23,835 nt of DNA from the NCBI GenBank assembly GCA_038108555.1, contig JAYNIA010000041.1:1-23835 (forward strand). The letters are read 5' to 3'. A program made the position numbers and the translations under genes. This DNA is from Nitrospinota bacterium. GTDB taxonomy: Bacteria; Nitrospinota; Nitrospinia; Nitrospinales; VA-1. Shown one piece after another: positions 8,815 through 20,288 of this stretch; position 1 is the first letter of the stretch, and each line of letters begins with the position of its first letter. Under the pieces are notes generated by a model. The model searched no databases. It worked only from the letters and a program-made list of their open reading frames with translations, and was not told the origin of the DNA.

Positions 8815-9300
8815 ATGGATAAACTAACTGGTTTAGCTGATTACTTTAGAAAAGTTCCAATAGCTTTTTTGGTGGCCATTATTTCCGTTGTGGGGTTAAT
8901 TTTATTTCTTCCAAAAGAAATAGCAGAAACTCTTGCGGTATACGAATTTAGGAACGAATTTCGGGTATTCCTTGGCCCCATTTTATTGTTGTCTATATCT
9001 TTTGCAATCGCTCGGCTGTATGGGTTTTTTATGAGCGGACTGACAGAAAAAAAGAATTTAAAGGTTCAACAAAATTTTTTACACAAGCTGACGCCTGAAG
9101 AAAAAAGATTTTTGCTGCCATACATAGAGAACCAAGAAAATTCAATTAAATCATTAGGAAGTGGCGTTGTAGGTGGATTAGAGGCAAAAAAAATAATTTT
9201 CCGCTCAAGCAATTTAGGTAATATCATGACCGGTTTCCCTTACAATTTGCAGCCTTGGGCAAGAGAATACCTTGAAGAAAACTCTCACTTACTTCGTTAA
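8815..9300 (+). CDS. Superinfection exclusion B (SieB)-family-like membrane protein
   Basis: Two TM helices, LFLP, LTPEEKxxLxxYI, GVVGGLEAKKII, PYNLQPWAREYL, recognised from memory of the family; ATG 8815 preferred over TTG 8761. Confidence 0.6.
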   Translation: MDKLTGLADYFRKVPIAFLVAIISVVGLILFLPKEIAETLAVYEFRNEFRVFLGPILLLSISFAIARLYGFFMSGLTEKKNLKVQQNFLHKLTPEEKRFLLPYIENQENSIKSLGSGVVGGLEAKKIIFRSSNLGNIMTGFPYNLQPWAREYLEENSHLLR

Positions 9301-9319
9301 TATTTTTGGCTAAATGTTA

Positions 9320-9358
9320 TCCCCCCAACCCCTCTTTGGAAAAGGAGCTAGGGGGAAT
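9320..9358. repeat. REP-like palindrome between convergent genes, possible terminator role
   Basis: tccccccaacccctctttggaaaaggagctagggggaat. Confidence 0.55.
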
Positions 9359-9380
9359 TGGTTTTTTGTTGGCCCAACGC

Positions 9381-11965
<2,585 letters not shown>

Positions 11966-11995
11966 ATCAACCCTGCGGGTTTTTCAAATTTTAAA

Positions 11996-12051
11996 TGTCA
12001 TGCTGAGTGTATCGAAGCATGCACCCACCCTTCGACTCGCTCAGGGTGACA
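11996..12051. repeat. Inverted pair of REP-like units of a second family, between thiG and thiE
   Basis: tgtcatgctgagtgtatcgaagcatg / cacccttcgactcgctcagggtgaca. Confidence 0.75.
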
Positions 12052-12053
12052 GC

Positions 12054-12836
12054 TTATAGTTCAATCAAACCATCCATCGGACTGCTCGCCGAGGCATACA
12101 ATTTTTTCGGTATCCTTCCCGCTTCATAAGCCATGCGACCACATTCCACAGCCATCTTCATAGCCATCGCCATTTTTAAGGGATCTTTGGCACCCGCAAT
12201 TGCCGTGTTCATGAGTATTCCATCAACACCCAGTTCCATGGCTCGGCTGGCATCAGACGCAGTTCCCACACCGGCATCAATAATGACGGGACAACTCACC
12301 GCTTCTAAAATCAATTTGATGTTGTAAGGATTTCGTATGCCCAGTCCCGATCCGATAGGAGCCGCAAGAGGCATGACTGCCGAGCAACCCACGTCTTCAA
12401 GTTTCTTACAGAGGATAACGTCATCGGTACAATAGGGCAGAACGTGGAACCCGTCTTTGATTAAAAGTTTGGAGGCTTCCAGTGTCGCTTCGTTATCCGG
12501 GAAAAGTGTTTTCTCATCACCAATGACTTCAACCTTGACGATATTGCCCAGTCCCGCTTCCCTTGCCAGTTCACAGGTCATCACCGCATCCTTGACCGTG
12601 TAGCAACCGGCGGTATTGGGAAGGAAGGTATATTTTTTCGGATCGAGGTGGTTGAGAATGGAATCCTTATTCTTATCCAACTCAATTCGACGGACGGCCA
12701 GAGTGACCATCTCAGCGCCAGAAATTTCTATGGCCTGCCGGGTTTCATCGAAGTCTTTGTATTTTCCTGTTCCGACAATCAACCTTGAATTAAAGGTCTT
12801 GTCGCCTATTTTCATGAAACTTTTATCTTCGCTCAT
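12054..12836 (-). CDS. thiG: Thiazole synthase
   Basis: [42 protein letters not shown] 12836 has a GGAG SD (track start 12845 is TTG). Confidence 0.98.
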   Translation of the reverse strand: MSEDKSFMKIGDKTFNSRLIVGTGKYKDFDETRQAIEISGAEMVTLAVRRIELDKNKDSILNHLDPKKYTFLPNTAGCYTVKDAVMTCELAREAGLGNIVKVEVIGDEKTLFPDNEATLEASKLLIKDGFHVLPYCTDDVILCKKLEDVGCSAVMPLAAPIGSGLGIRNPYNIKLILEAVSCPVIIDAGVGTASDASRAMELGVDGILMNTAIAGAKDPLKMAMAMKMAVECGRMAYEAGRIPKKLYASASSPMDGLIEL

Positions 12837-12866
12837 TTTCTCCAAACTTTTGATTTATATAATTGA

Positions 12867-13070
12867 TTAAATACCGCCTCCAACCGCATGGACAATTTCC
12901 ACCTGGTCATTTTCCTTGATCGGAGTGGAGTCGTATTTCGACCGTGGGACCACTTGCTGGTTAAGTGCCATGGCAAAATTGGGAGCCTGGATATCCAGTT
13001 CTTTTACCAGATCAGCCAGGTTCTGGCTTTCTTTAATCTCCCGCTTTTCACCATTGATGGTCAATTCCAC
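12867..13070 (-). CDS. thiS: Sulfur carrier protein ThiS
   Basis: 67 aa ubiquitin-like, EIVHAVGGG(I) C-terminus; GTG start with GGAGG SD. Confidence 0.95.
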   Translation of the reverse strand: MELTINGEKREIKESQNLADLVKELDIQAPNFAMALNQQVVPRSKYDSTPIKENDQVEIVHAVGGGI

Positions 13071-13167
13071 GAAAAAACCTCCAGAAAAATCAGCGGACAG
13101 GTATATTTAAGGCTTTGAAAAACCTGGCCGTTATGAAATGGAACCTGAAATGAAAAAAAAGGGGGGC

Positions 13168-13208
13168 AAAAAAAATGCCGCATCTCAAACCGGAAAAGGA
13201 AATGCAGC
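13168..13208 (-). terminator. Terminator in the TPP riboswitch expression platform
   Basis: GCTGCATTTC-N12-GAGATGCGGC-A-T8 just downstream of the aptamer. Confidence 0.75.
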
Positions 13209-13226
13209 GAATCTTTTCAGATGGCT

Positions 13227-13310
13227 TCACTTCCCTTCGCTGGTATGATCCAGATCAGGTTCAAAGGGTCGTCCGTTAAAGGACTCTCAGTTTAAAAACG
13301 CCCCCAGTGA
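13227..13310 (-). ncRNA. TPP riboswitch
   Basis: TCACT-GGGGGCG..CTGAGAG..GACCCTTTGAACCTGATCTGGATCATACCAGCGAAGGGA-AGTGA, upstream of thi genes. Confidence 0.97.
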
Positions 13311-13323
13311 TCGTGTTAAGATA

Positions 13324-13385
13324 AGATTAATTAATAATAAATACAAGTCAAGACTTATTGACGGAAAAATAAAATAGAGTAGTAT
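13324..13385. promoter_or_regulatory. Back-to-back sigma70-like promoters
   Basis: Minus: TTGACT (13351-13346) N16 TAATCT; plus: TTGACG (13358-13363) N16 TAGTAT (13380-13385). Confidence 0.5.
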
Positions 13386-13392
13386 TCGGTTT

Positions 13393-14643
13393 ATGAAACA
13401 ATTACCTTTTTGGCGTTTTTTAGCAGGCATATTTTTGCTGGGGATGTGTTCCTGTGCTACGGCTCCCCGTGCCGTAAATCCCTATTTTGAAATGCCACCC
13501 GCACATCTTCTGAAAGCAGAACGTGAATTGTTTGCCCTCGCCTTGCAACAGCAGAAAAGTAATAAACTGGAATCTTCAATTGATCTCTGGAAACGCTTTC
13601 TGACCAACAACCCCAGGTCATTTCGAGGCTATAACAATTTAGGGATGGCTCACTATACCAACGACCAGTTGGCAGAAGCTATTTCCGCTTTTGAGACAGG
13701 ACTGGCACTCGAACCCATTGACGATAAGATTAAGGATAACTTGAAAAGAACGCTGCGGTTCCAGGTGACCTTGTTGCGGGAAAATAAAGACTATGATGCT
13801 GCCATCCAATACTTGAAACGGGTCCATGAACTTTCTGTCGAACCCGAGCGCGAAAAAGTGGCATTGGAAATTGAAACTCTTGAAGACAAAATTTTTGAGC
13901 AGGTAAAACGCTCCAACACTCTTGAGGACTACGAAGTCTTTGTCGCTCGTTACCCCAACAGTCCCAAAAATTCGGATGAAGCGCGCCGACGGATCGCACG
14001 CATGAAACCTGAGCAATCTCCCTTGGGAGATATTCCAGATAGGGATAACGTTGAAAGCAACTCCAAACCCCCTATGGACCTGGAACCGTTTATACCGGAA
14101 TCGATGGAAACACCGAAGACCTCAATGCCGGGTACCGTAATCAGTGAAGACACCATTGAAATCGTGACGGAACCTAAAGAGGAAATGGAAAATATGAATG
14201 AGTTCCCGGAAGGTGAACCGGAAATGGATCCGGCTCCCACGGCGATGGTGGACCCGGAACCGCATGTTATGGAAAAACCGGCTGCACCGGAAATGAAAGC
14301 TGCCCCAGAGATGAAAGACGCTCCGGAAATGAAGGCGGTCCCCGCCATGAAAAAGGAAATGGTTGAAGAAGTAAAAAAGGTTGAAAAAAAACCTGTAATG
14401 GCAAAACCTTCAAAACCCAAAAAAATGGCAGCAGTGAAACCTACGAAAAAGGTCGAGATCACCACCCGAACCACACCCTTGAGAGTTCGTCAGGACCCTT
14501 CACTTAAAGCCGATGTAATTGCCCAGTTGCCCCCGGCAACCATTGTCCCCATGTTTCAGGAAACCGGGGAATGGTATCAGATCGAATATTTACTTGGAAA
14601 AAAGGGGTGGATATCTAAAAAATATTCCAAAGTCATCAACTGA
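13393..14643 (+). CDS. Lipoprotein with TPR repeats, Pro/Glu/Met-rich linker and C-terminal SH3b domain
   Basis: Lipobox-like LGMCSC; YNNLGMAHY..AISAFETGLALEP (TPR); LRVRQDPS..GEWYQI..KKGWIS (SH3b). Confidence 0.85.
   Translation: MKQLPFWRFLAGIFLLGMCSCATAPRAVNPYFEMPPAHLLKAERELFALALQQQKSNKLESSIDLWKRFLTNNPRSFRGYNNLGMAHYTNDQLAEAISAFETGLALEPIDDKIKDNLKRTLRFQVTLLRENKDYDAAIQYLKRVHELSVEPEREKVALEIETLEDKIFEQVKRSNTLEDYEVFVARYPNSPKNSDEARRRIARMKPEQSPLGDIPDRDNVESNSKPPMDLEPFIPESMETPKTSMPGTVISEDTIEIVTEPKEEMENMNEFPEGEPEMDPAPTAMVDPEPHVMEKPAAPEMKAAPEMKDAPEMKAVPAMKKEMVEEVKKVEKKPVMAKPSKPKKMAAVKPTKKVEITTRTTPLRVRQDPSLKADVIAQLPPATIVPMFQETGEWYQIEYLLGKKGWISKKYSKVIN
14281..14352 (+). repeat. Four degenerate 18-bp coding tandem repeats
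   Basis: AAPEMK-AAPEMK-DAPEMK-AVPAMK. Confidence 0.8.
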
Positions 14644-14719
14644 CCTTTTGCATTTTATTCCCTGAAAAATCCATTTTTTTCAATTTAATTTATTTCCCGA
14701 AAGAAGCTTTCATTTTGTC

Positions 14720-14747
14720 TTGACCCCCAAAAAAAACTTTGTAATAT
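14720..14747 (+). promoter_or_regulatory. Sigma70-like promoter
   Basis: TTGACC N16 TAATAT, 42 nt before ATG 14790. Confidence 0.5.
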
Positions 14748-14789
14748 TTCACTAAATTTAAATTTCAGAAACTGGAAGAAAGACTATTT

Positions 14790-15758
14790 ATGGCACAGAT
14801 ATCTATGGACGAGCTGAATCCCATGATCCAAAGCGAATGGGATTATCTGGTATCAAAAAAAGGGGAATGGAGTTTGCTCGAAGGCGAACAGGATATGGAG
14901 GTTCTCGAACATGTGCTGCGTTGCATTCTCCATATGGATCTCACCGAACAAAACCCCAAAGAGTTTCAGGAATGTGTGAAAGTACAAAATCCAGACGGCG
15001 GCTGGTCGAAGGAATCCCATACCCAAAAAACTTCCATGTGGATCACTACGTTTGTCGGACTGAAACTCTGTCGAGGCAATATGATCATCAAAGACCCTGA
15101 AATTCAATCGACCGTAGATAAAACTCTGGAATATGTCCTGTCCATGCAGGAAGAAGACGGACATTGGTCGGATGAAGAATGGTCGCATCTGGATACGACT
15201 TGTTCGGTTACTGTCTTCCTCACCATCTATCAAGTCACGCAGGACAAAAAAGATGACGAGCGTATCAACAAGGCACGCATCCGCGGATTCGAATACATTG
15301 CCAACTGGCAAAAAGATTCAGGATTATGGAAAGACGATACCTTTCATCCCGCCGGAATTGAAACGACCGCGCACCTGATGCAGTACACTCTGGTCCCTGC
15401 CTACTTTATGGATGGAATCGACTTCGCTAAAAAAATGTGCCTCGAAGCTGCCGACTCTTTGATAGCCGAACAGGCGGAAAACGGTAGCTGGGATAATGAA
15501 AACACCGATCACACGATGGATGCTTGCCGCAACCTGATGCTGGTATCCGACACGTTTAAAGTAAAAGAAAAGTATGCGCCCATCATTGAAAAAGGCGTCC
15601 GCTGGTTGATGGACATAAAAAACAAAGAGGGCTGGGGCGATTTTCCTGATGAACCGAGTAACGTGGAACGAACCGCTGACGGGTTAGACACCTTACTTAA
15701 ATATAGAAGGTTTCGCAGCGATGCCCCGATGTCTCACTTCTGGGCCTTTTCAAAGTAA
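14790..15758 (+). CDS. Prenyltransferase/squalene-cyclase repeat (alpha/alpha barrel) protein
   Basis: QW repeats QNPDGGW, QEEDGHW, QKDSGLW, QAENGSW, KNKEGW; no DXDD. Confidence 0.8.
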   Translation: MAQISMDELNPMIQSEWDYLVSKKGEWSLLEGEQDMEVLEHVLRCILHMDLTEQNPKEFQECVKVQNPDGGWSKESHTQKTSMWITTFVGLKLCRGNMIIKDPEIQSTVDKTLEYVLSMQEEDGHWSDEEWSHLDTTCSVTVFLTIYQVTQDKKDDERINKARIRGFEYIANWQKDSGLWKDDTFHPAGIETTAHLMQYTLVPAYFMDGIDFAKKMCLEAADSLIAEQAENGSWDNENTDHTMDACRNLMLVSDTFKVKEKYAPIIEKGVRWLMDIKNKEGWGDFPDEPSNVERTADGLDTLLKYRRFRSDAPMSHFWAFSK

Positions 15759-15850
15759 CCCTCTACGAGGGAGGAGACAGGTTCATTCTTCCTGATGCGA
15801 AACAAGTTCCTTTGCGCTTCTAGAAATGGGTTAAAGAGAAATTTTAATAT

Positions 15851-15879
15851 TCCCCCCTGAGAAGGGGGGCTGGGGGGTT
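15851..15879 (+). repeat. REP-like C-run/G-run palindrome
   Basis: tcccccctgagaaggggggctggggggtt, close to 6692-6722 and 7053-7082. Confidence 0.8.
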
Positions 15880-15925
15880 GCATTTATTCCGCAACTCCTG
15901 AAAATGAAAAACAAACAGGCTTAAC

Positions 15926-16678
15926 TTGGAAGCAATAATACTACTCGCAGGTTATGGTTCCCGGTTGAACCGGGATGACCTGCCACATAAATCCTTTTTA
16001 CCCTTTGGAGAAGAAACCCTTCTTTCGAGGCATTTAAAATGCCTGCAATCTCTCCACATCGAAAAAGTCCACCTCATACTCGGACATAATGGAGACGCGG
16101 TAAAAAAATATGCGGAAGGATTAGACCTGCAACTTCCCCTCCACTTTATCGACAACCCGGTTTACCTCACAACAGGCAACACCCTTTCCATGGTGATGGG
16201 ACTGCGCCATTGCAAAGACGATACGCTTATACTCGATGGCGATGTGCTATATCCACCAAAGTCTTTAATCGACTATGTGAAAAACGCCAAACTTTCTTCG
16301 TTCGCATTGATTCCCGCAGATATTGACGATGCAGAATGCGCCAAGGTTTTGTTGAACGCATCCGGAAGCATTAACGCATTCATTACCAAACGAGCCCTGA
16401 CCGAAGACGAGCGCAGCAATTTTGGGTTCGGTGGTGAGGCGATCGGATTTTTCATGCTATCGAAAGAAGATGTTCCACGATTTGTGGAGCTTTATGAAAA
16501 ACGGGAAAAAGATTTCGAACCGGTTCTCTGGGAAATTCCATTCACCGAGTTTGCGGAAGACACCCCCCTGCACGCCTGGAATATAAAAGAGGAAGGCTGT
16601 TTTGAAATCGATACCGGTGAAGATTATTCCACAGCACAAAGCCATTTTGAATCCCACCCCGATCTGTACCGGTTATAA
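15926..16678 (+). CDS. LicC/phosphocholine-cytidylyltransferase-like nucleotidyltransferase
   Basis: AIILLAGYGSRL..PHKS, NPVYLTTGNTLS, LILDGDVLY, FEIDTxEDY; TTG start. Confidence 0.8.
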   Translation: MEAIILLAGYGSRLNRDDLPHKSFLPFGEETLLSRHLKCLQSLHIEKVHLILGHNGDAVKKYAEGLDLQLPLHFIDNPVYLTTGNTLSMVMGLRHCKDDTLILDGDVLYPPKSLIDYVKNAKLSSFALIPADIDDAECAKVLLNASGSINAFITKRALTEDERSNFGFGGEAIGFFMLSKEDVPRFVELYEKREKDFEPVLWEIPFTEFAEDTPLHAWNIKEEGCFEIDTGEDYSTAQSHFESHPDLYRL

Positions 16679-16729
16679 GGTCCATGCCGTTTTAGTTTCA
16701 CGCTCAAACTTTAATCGTCGAATTTTTAT

Positions 16730-17446
16730 TTATTCGCTATGAAGATTCCATAAATTGGGGGAACGAAAAGCATACATAAATAAAGCAAAATACAGGGGAA
16801 ATTGTAACAATATGAGGAAAAGATAAATCACTGCCCTGTCAAAGCTCGTCAGATGAATCATACTTTCATAAAATTCTGGGTAATCAATAATCCATATCCA
16901 TGTATCCCAAAGAATTAAAGGAAATAAATAAATCTTCCAAAAGCTATTAAAAATTATTGAACGGTTATAAGTAAAACCCCACAGTCCAAACATGCCAATC
17001 AGGTAAAAAAGGATATTAAAATATTGTAGTAATTCTGATGGACTAATAAGAACTCCCACTAAAACCAATAAAAAATAAATGGCTGAAAACCAAAAATAGA
17101 TTCTCCAGTTTGATTTTCTTCCCTCCAGATTTAAAGGAGGCAGGTCCAATTCCTCACGGAAATAGGGTCTTAAGTTTTCAATCATTACCTGGCTAAAAAC
17201 CAGACTTCCCAGCCCGGCACCAATGCCAGTACCTATTGAACTCTTCAAAATGAAATCAGCGTCAATGGAACTGGCAATGGTCCTATTTGTTAACGTACCA
17301 ATTCCCGTGCAAAGTCCCATAAAAAAAAGTGACAACCAGACCTGCCAATGCCCATAGCCTTTTCTATTAAAACGTTTCCACAGGTCCTGCCTTTTCTCTT
17401 TGGGCAGGTTCTTGAATTCGGGAATTGATTTATTTGTTAAATACAT
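16730..17446 (-). CDS. Hypothetical multi-pass membrane protein
   Basis: About 6 hydrophobic segments; AT-rich; AAGGA upstream. Confidence 0.7.
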   Translation of the reverse strand: MYLTNKSIPEFKNLPKEKRQDLWKRFNRKGYGHWQVWLSLFFMGLCTGIGTLTNRTIASSIDADFILKSSIGTGIGAGLGSLVFSQVMIENLRPYFREELDLPPLNLEGRKSNWRIYFWFSAIYFLLVLVGVLISPSELLQYFNILFYLIGMFGLWGFTYNRSIIFNSFWKIYLFPLILWDTWIWIIDYPEFYESMIHLTSFDRAVIYLFLILLQFPLYFALFMYAFRSPNLWNLHSE

Positions 17447-17651
17447 TCCTTAAAATATTATGGCGGTCAAAAAAATATTCCTGTGTGAATTTTTATAACC
17501 GGATTAAAACAATTTCATACTGCTAAACCAAGGTTATTTTTTCCATTAAAAATCCCTCCATTTTCATCTCAAATTATTTTGCATTTCAAAGGCAATGATA
17601 AATCGCGGTTTATTCCCTTCCTCCTGATTTGAATATTTTATTTCCCTAAAA

Positions 17652-17667
17652 TGGTATCTATTTTGCT
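17652..17667 (+). promoter_or_regulatory. Sigma54 (-24/-12) promoter candidate
   Basis: TGGTATCTATTTTGCT, GG-N10-GC spacing, AT-rich upstream. Confidence 0.55.
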
Positions 17668-17768
17668 CTTTAAATTATTACCCTGGCAAAGTATTCGATA
17701 CGGGTTGCGGATCTATTCAGACCGTCGCCTCCAGGGAACAAATTCTTTCACGTTTTCGGGTGTGAGCT

Positions 17769-18059
17769 ATGAACGGTATAAATGAGATGATGGAGTTTTT
17801 TTCGCAAAAGGTTTTTCTGATTTCTTTCGGGCAAATTGGTTTGATGTTCCTCTTATGTTTCTTCTGCCTCATAAGCGGTCGCTATAAAACCGGCCTGCTG
17901 TTTTCCTATTTTTTCATTTTCTATTGGGGATTCGTGTCCAACCGGGGGCATTGGATATCTCTGTTTGGAGACCATGGAACCGGGATGGTGCTTTACTTAT
18001 TCAGCGCTACGGCAGTTGCTTTAATGGGGGTAATCAGTATTTTTCAGGAAAACCATTGA
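17769..18059 (+). CDS. Small hypothetical membrane protein (3 TM)
   Basis: 96 aa, three Phe/Leu-rich segments; start uncertain (several ATGs). Confidence 0.75.
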   Translation: MNGINEMMEFFSQKVFLISFGQIGLMFLLCFFCLISGRYKTGLLFSYFFIFYWGFVSNRGHWISLFGDHGTGMVLYLFSATAVALMGVISIFQENH

Positions 18060-18244
18060 AATTTTTTACCGATCTCAGTCTAAAAAATTTGGTTTTGGCT
18101 AATTTATCAGGAGGTTGAGCCGTAACATTTTATATAGGCTAAAATTTTTGAGGTTTCTCATGCTTTTCCTGGATGAAATTAGAAAAGTCCCTCGTGAAAC
18201 CCCGGTTCCCAGGGACCAAAAAAACCGACCCAAAAAAGTCCTAA

Positions 18245-18477
18245 AGGATCGACGCCGGCGCACCCACACCGACCCCGAAAATCCTATCCAATCCTCCAAA
18301 CAATTCTTTGGCAGAATCTGCCGAATAGACGAACAGGTTTAACCCGCCCACTACCGTGGGAGGAAATGTAAGCAAACGCACCGTAAAAGGCTTAAAAATC
18401 CTTTCTGGGTATTTGGGAATAGACCCTACTACACCCGGACGTAGTCCGGATTTTGGGGTTGAAATCTGGCGTATCTT
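18245..18477 (+). ncRNA. Candidate structured RNA or long leader upstream of acp
   Basis: Long-range pairing of 18245-18258 with 18466-18477 and 18270-18284 with 18448-18461; internal hairpins. Confidence 0.35.
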
Positions 18478-18510
18478 CAACTAAAATCAGGGTTATTAAG
18501 GAGATTAAAG

Positions 18511-18774
18511 ATGACCATTGATGAAGTTCGACAGATTATTTTGAGCATTCTTGAGGATATCGCCCCTGATGAAGATATCAGCTCAATTGATGACAACACC
18601 AAGTTAAGAGACCAAATTGACCTTGATTCCATGGATTTTCTCGACATTGTCATGGAATTGCGGAAACGCTTCAACATTGAAGTGCCGGAAAAAGATTATG
18701 AACATCTGGCTACCCTGGCGGGTTGTATCACCTATTTGCAGCCCCTTTTGAAAGACCGGCTTGCCGCAAGCTAG
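18511..18774 (+). CDS. Acyl carrier protein, probably pathway-specific
   Basis: Acidic 87 aa, DLDSMDFLDIVMELRKRFNIEVP; AAGGAG SD. Confidence 0.95.
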   Translation: MTIDEVRQIILSILEDIAPDEDISSIDDNTKLRDQIDLDSMDFLDIVMELRKRFNIEVPEKDYEHLATLAGCITYLQPLLKDRLAAS

Positions 18775-18865
18775 TTTCTCCCCCCTGCATCTTTGACCCC
18801 AAACATTCTCTAATAAAACGAAACTATCGGCGCACGTTTGATAGTTGATTTATACTATTTGAGCC

Positions 18866-20251
18866 ATGGCATACGATGCGATTATCATAGGTTCCGGGCT
18901 ATCCGGATTGGCTGCGGGCATTCGACTTGCCATGTTCAACAAGAAGGTCTGCATCGTTGAAAAACATACATTGCTGGGCGGCTTGAATTCCTATTACGTC
19001 CGCAAGAACCGGACGTTCGATGTGGGCCTGCACGCAATGACCAATTTCACTCCGAAAGGAGTGCGCAACTCTCCGCTTGGCAAACTTCTAAAACAACTCC
19101 GATTCAGCCACGACGATTTCCGCCTTTGCCAGCAGCATATGTCGGAGATCCGCTTTCCTGAACATGTTTTGCGGTTCACTAATGATTTTGAATTCTTCCG
19201 CCAGGAGGTCGCCGACCAGTTCCCAAAAGAGATTGACGGATTCAACAAACTCGTGGAAAAAATTCTCTCTTTCGATGAGCTGAATCTGGACGATCAGCAA
19301 GCTCTAGGGTCTCGGCCCATTCTGGAAGAATATATAAAGGACCCAGTTTTAATCGACATGCTCAATTGTCCCCTGATGTATTACGGAAACGCCCGTGAAG
19401 GGGATATGGATTTTTACCAGTTCGTGATCATGTTCAAAAGTATCTTTATGGAGGGCTTTGCCAAACCGGTGGGAGGGATGCATTACATCCTGCATTTGCT
19501 GGAAGAAAAGTTTAAAGAACTAGGCGGAGAGTTGCGAATGGGGTCGGGTGTCACTTCCATCAACGCAGAAAATGGAATCGTGCAATCGGTGACTCTTGAA
19601 AATGGTGATGAGCTGACCAGTGAAAGTGTGATTTCTTCCATGGGATATGTCGAAACCCTGAGACATTGCTCACCGCCACTGAGCGAACCCGATGCAAAGG
19701 ATATTGGCCAGATGTCTTTTATGGAATCTTTATGTGTGGTCGATCAGGAACCCCGCGACCTGGGTTACGACAAGAGCATTGTGTTTTTCTCCACCCAACC
19801 CAAATTCGACTATAAGGTTCCTGGGGAGTTGATCGACGTCACCACGGGTGTTTTGTGTTGCTCCAATAATTTTGATTATCCACAACCCATGAAGGAAGGA
19901 CTGATCCGCCTGACGAATATGGCAAATTTCGCCCATTGGGACTCATTACCGCGAAAAGATTATATTGCAGCGAAAAAGCATTGGCGGACCCAGGCGCTGG
20001 AGTCGGTTTTCACATTTTTTCCCGATTTTCGTGATAATGTGGTATTTTTAGACTCGTTTACGCCGAAGACCATTAAAAAATATACCGGACACCTGAACGG
20101 GGCTGTCTATGGGTCTCCACGTAAAATAAAAAACGGTAAAACCCCTGTTAACAATCTCTTTATATGTGGGACGGACCAGGGGTTTTTAGGTATTATTGGG
20201 GCCACCCTGAGCGGCATTTCAATGGCCAATCTTCATGTTTTACGTAAATAA
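18866..20251 (+). CDS. Phytoene desaturase (CrtI/RetSat)-like FAD oxidoreductase 1
   Basis: IIGSGLSGL, EK..LGG, FDVGLH, TPKT..YT...GAVYG, NLFICG. Confidence 0.9.
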   Translation: MAYDAIIIGSGLSGLAAGIRLAMFNKKVCIVEKHTLLGGLNSYYVRKNRTFDVGLHAMTNFTPKGVRNSPLGKLLKQLRFSHDDFRLCQQHMSEIRFPEHVLRFTNDFEFFRQEVADQFPKEIDGFNKLVEKILSFDELNLDDQQALGSRPILEEYIKDPVLIDMLNCPLMYYGNAREGDMDFYQFVIMFKSIFMEGFAKPVGGMHYILHLLEEKFKELGGELRMGSGVTSINAENGIVQSVTLENGDELTSESVISSMGYVETLRHCSPPLSEPDAKDIGQMSFMESLCVVDQEPRDLGYDKSIVFFSTQPKFDYKVPGELIDVTTGVLCCSNNFDYPQPMKEGLIRLTNMANFAHWDSLPRKDYIAAKKHWRTQALESVFTFFPDFRDNVVFLDSFTPKTIKKYTGHLNGAVYGSPRKIKNGKTPVNNLFICGTDQGFLGIIGATLSGISMANLHVLRK

Positions 20252-20288
20252 AATAAGCGTAAACAAATAATTTAATTGCGAATAGTGA

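Noticed and set aside
6879..9380. tRNA-anchored integrative island or prophage
   Set aside because: The islet lies 5' of the tRNA; no duplicated tRNA end, integrase or phage genes seen
14790..15758. Squalene-hopene cyclase (shc)
   Set aside because: About half the expected length and lacks DXDD
17681..17736. c-di-GMP-I riboswitch
   Set aside because: GGCAAA is present but the GAAA tetraloop and GACGCAAA segment are missing
18099..18480. Short overlapping ORFs (66-79 aa); RNase P, tmRNA or group I intron
   Set aside because: ORFs show no recognisable motifs; only fragmentary similarity to those RNAs' core motifs
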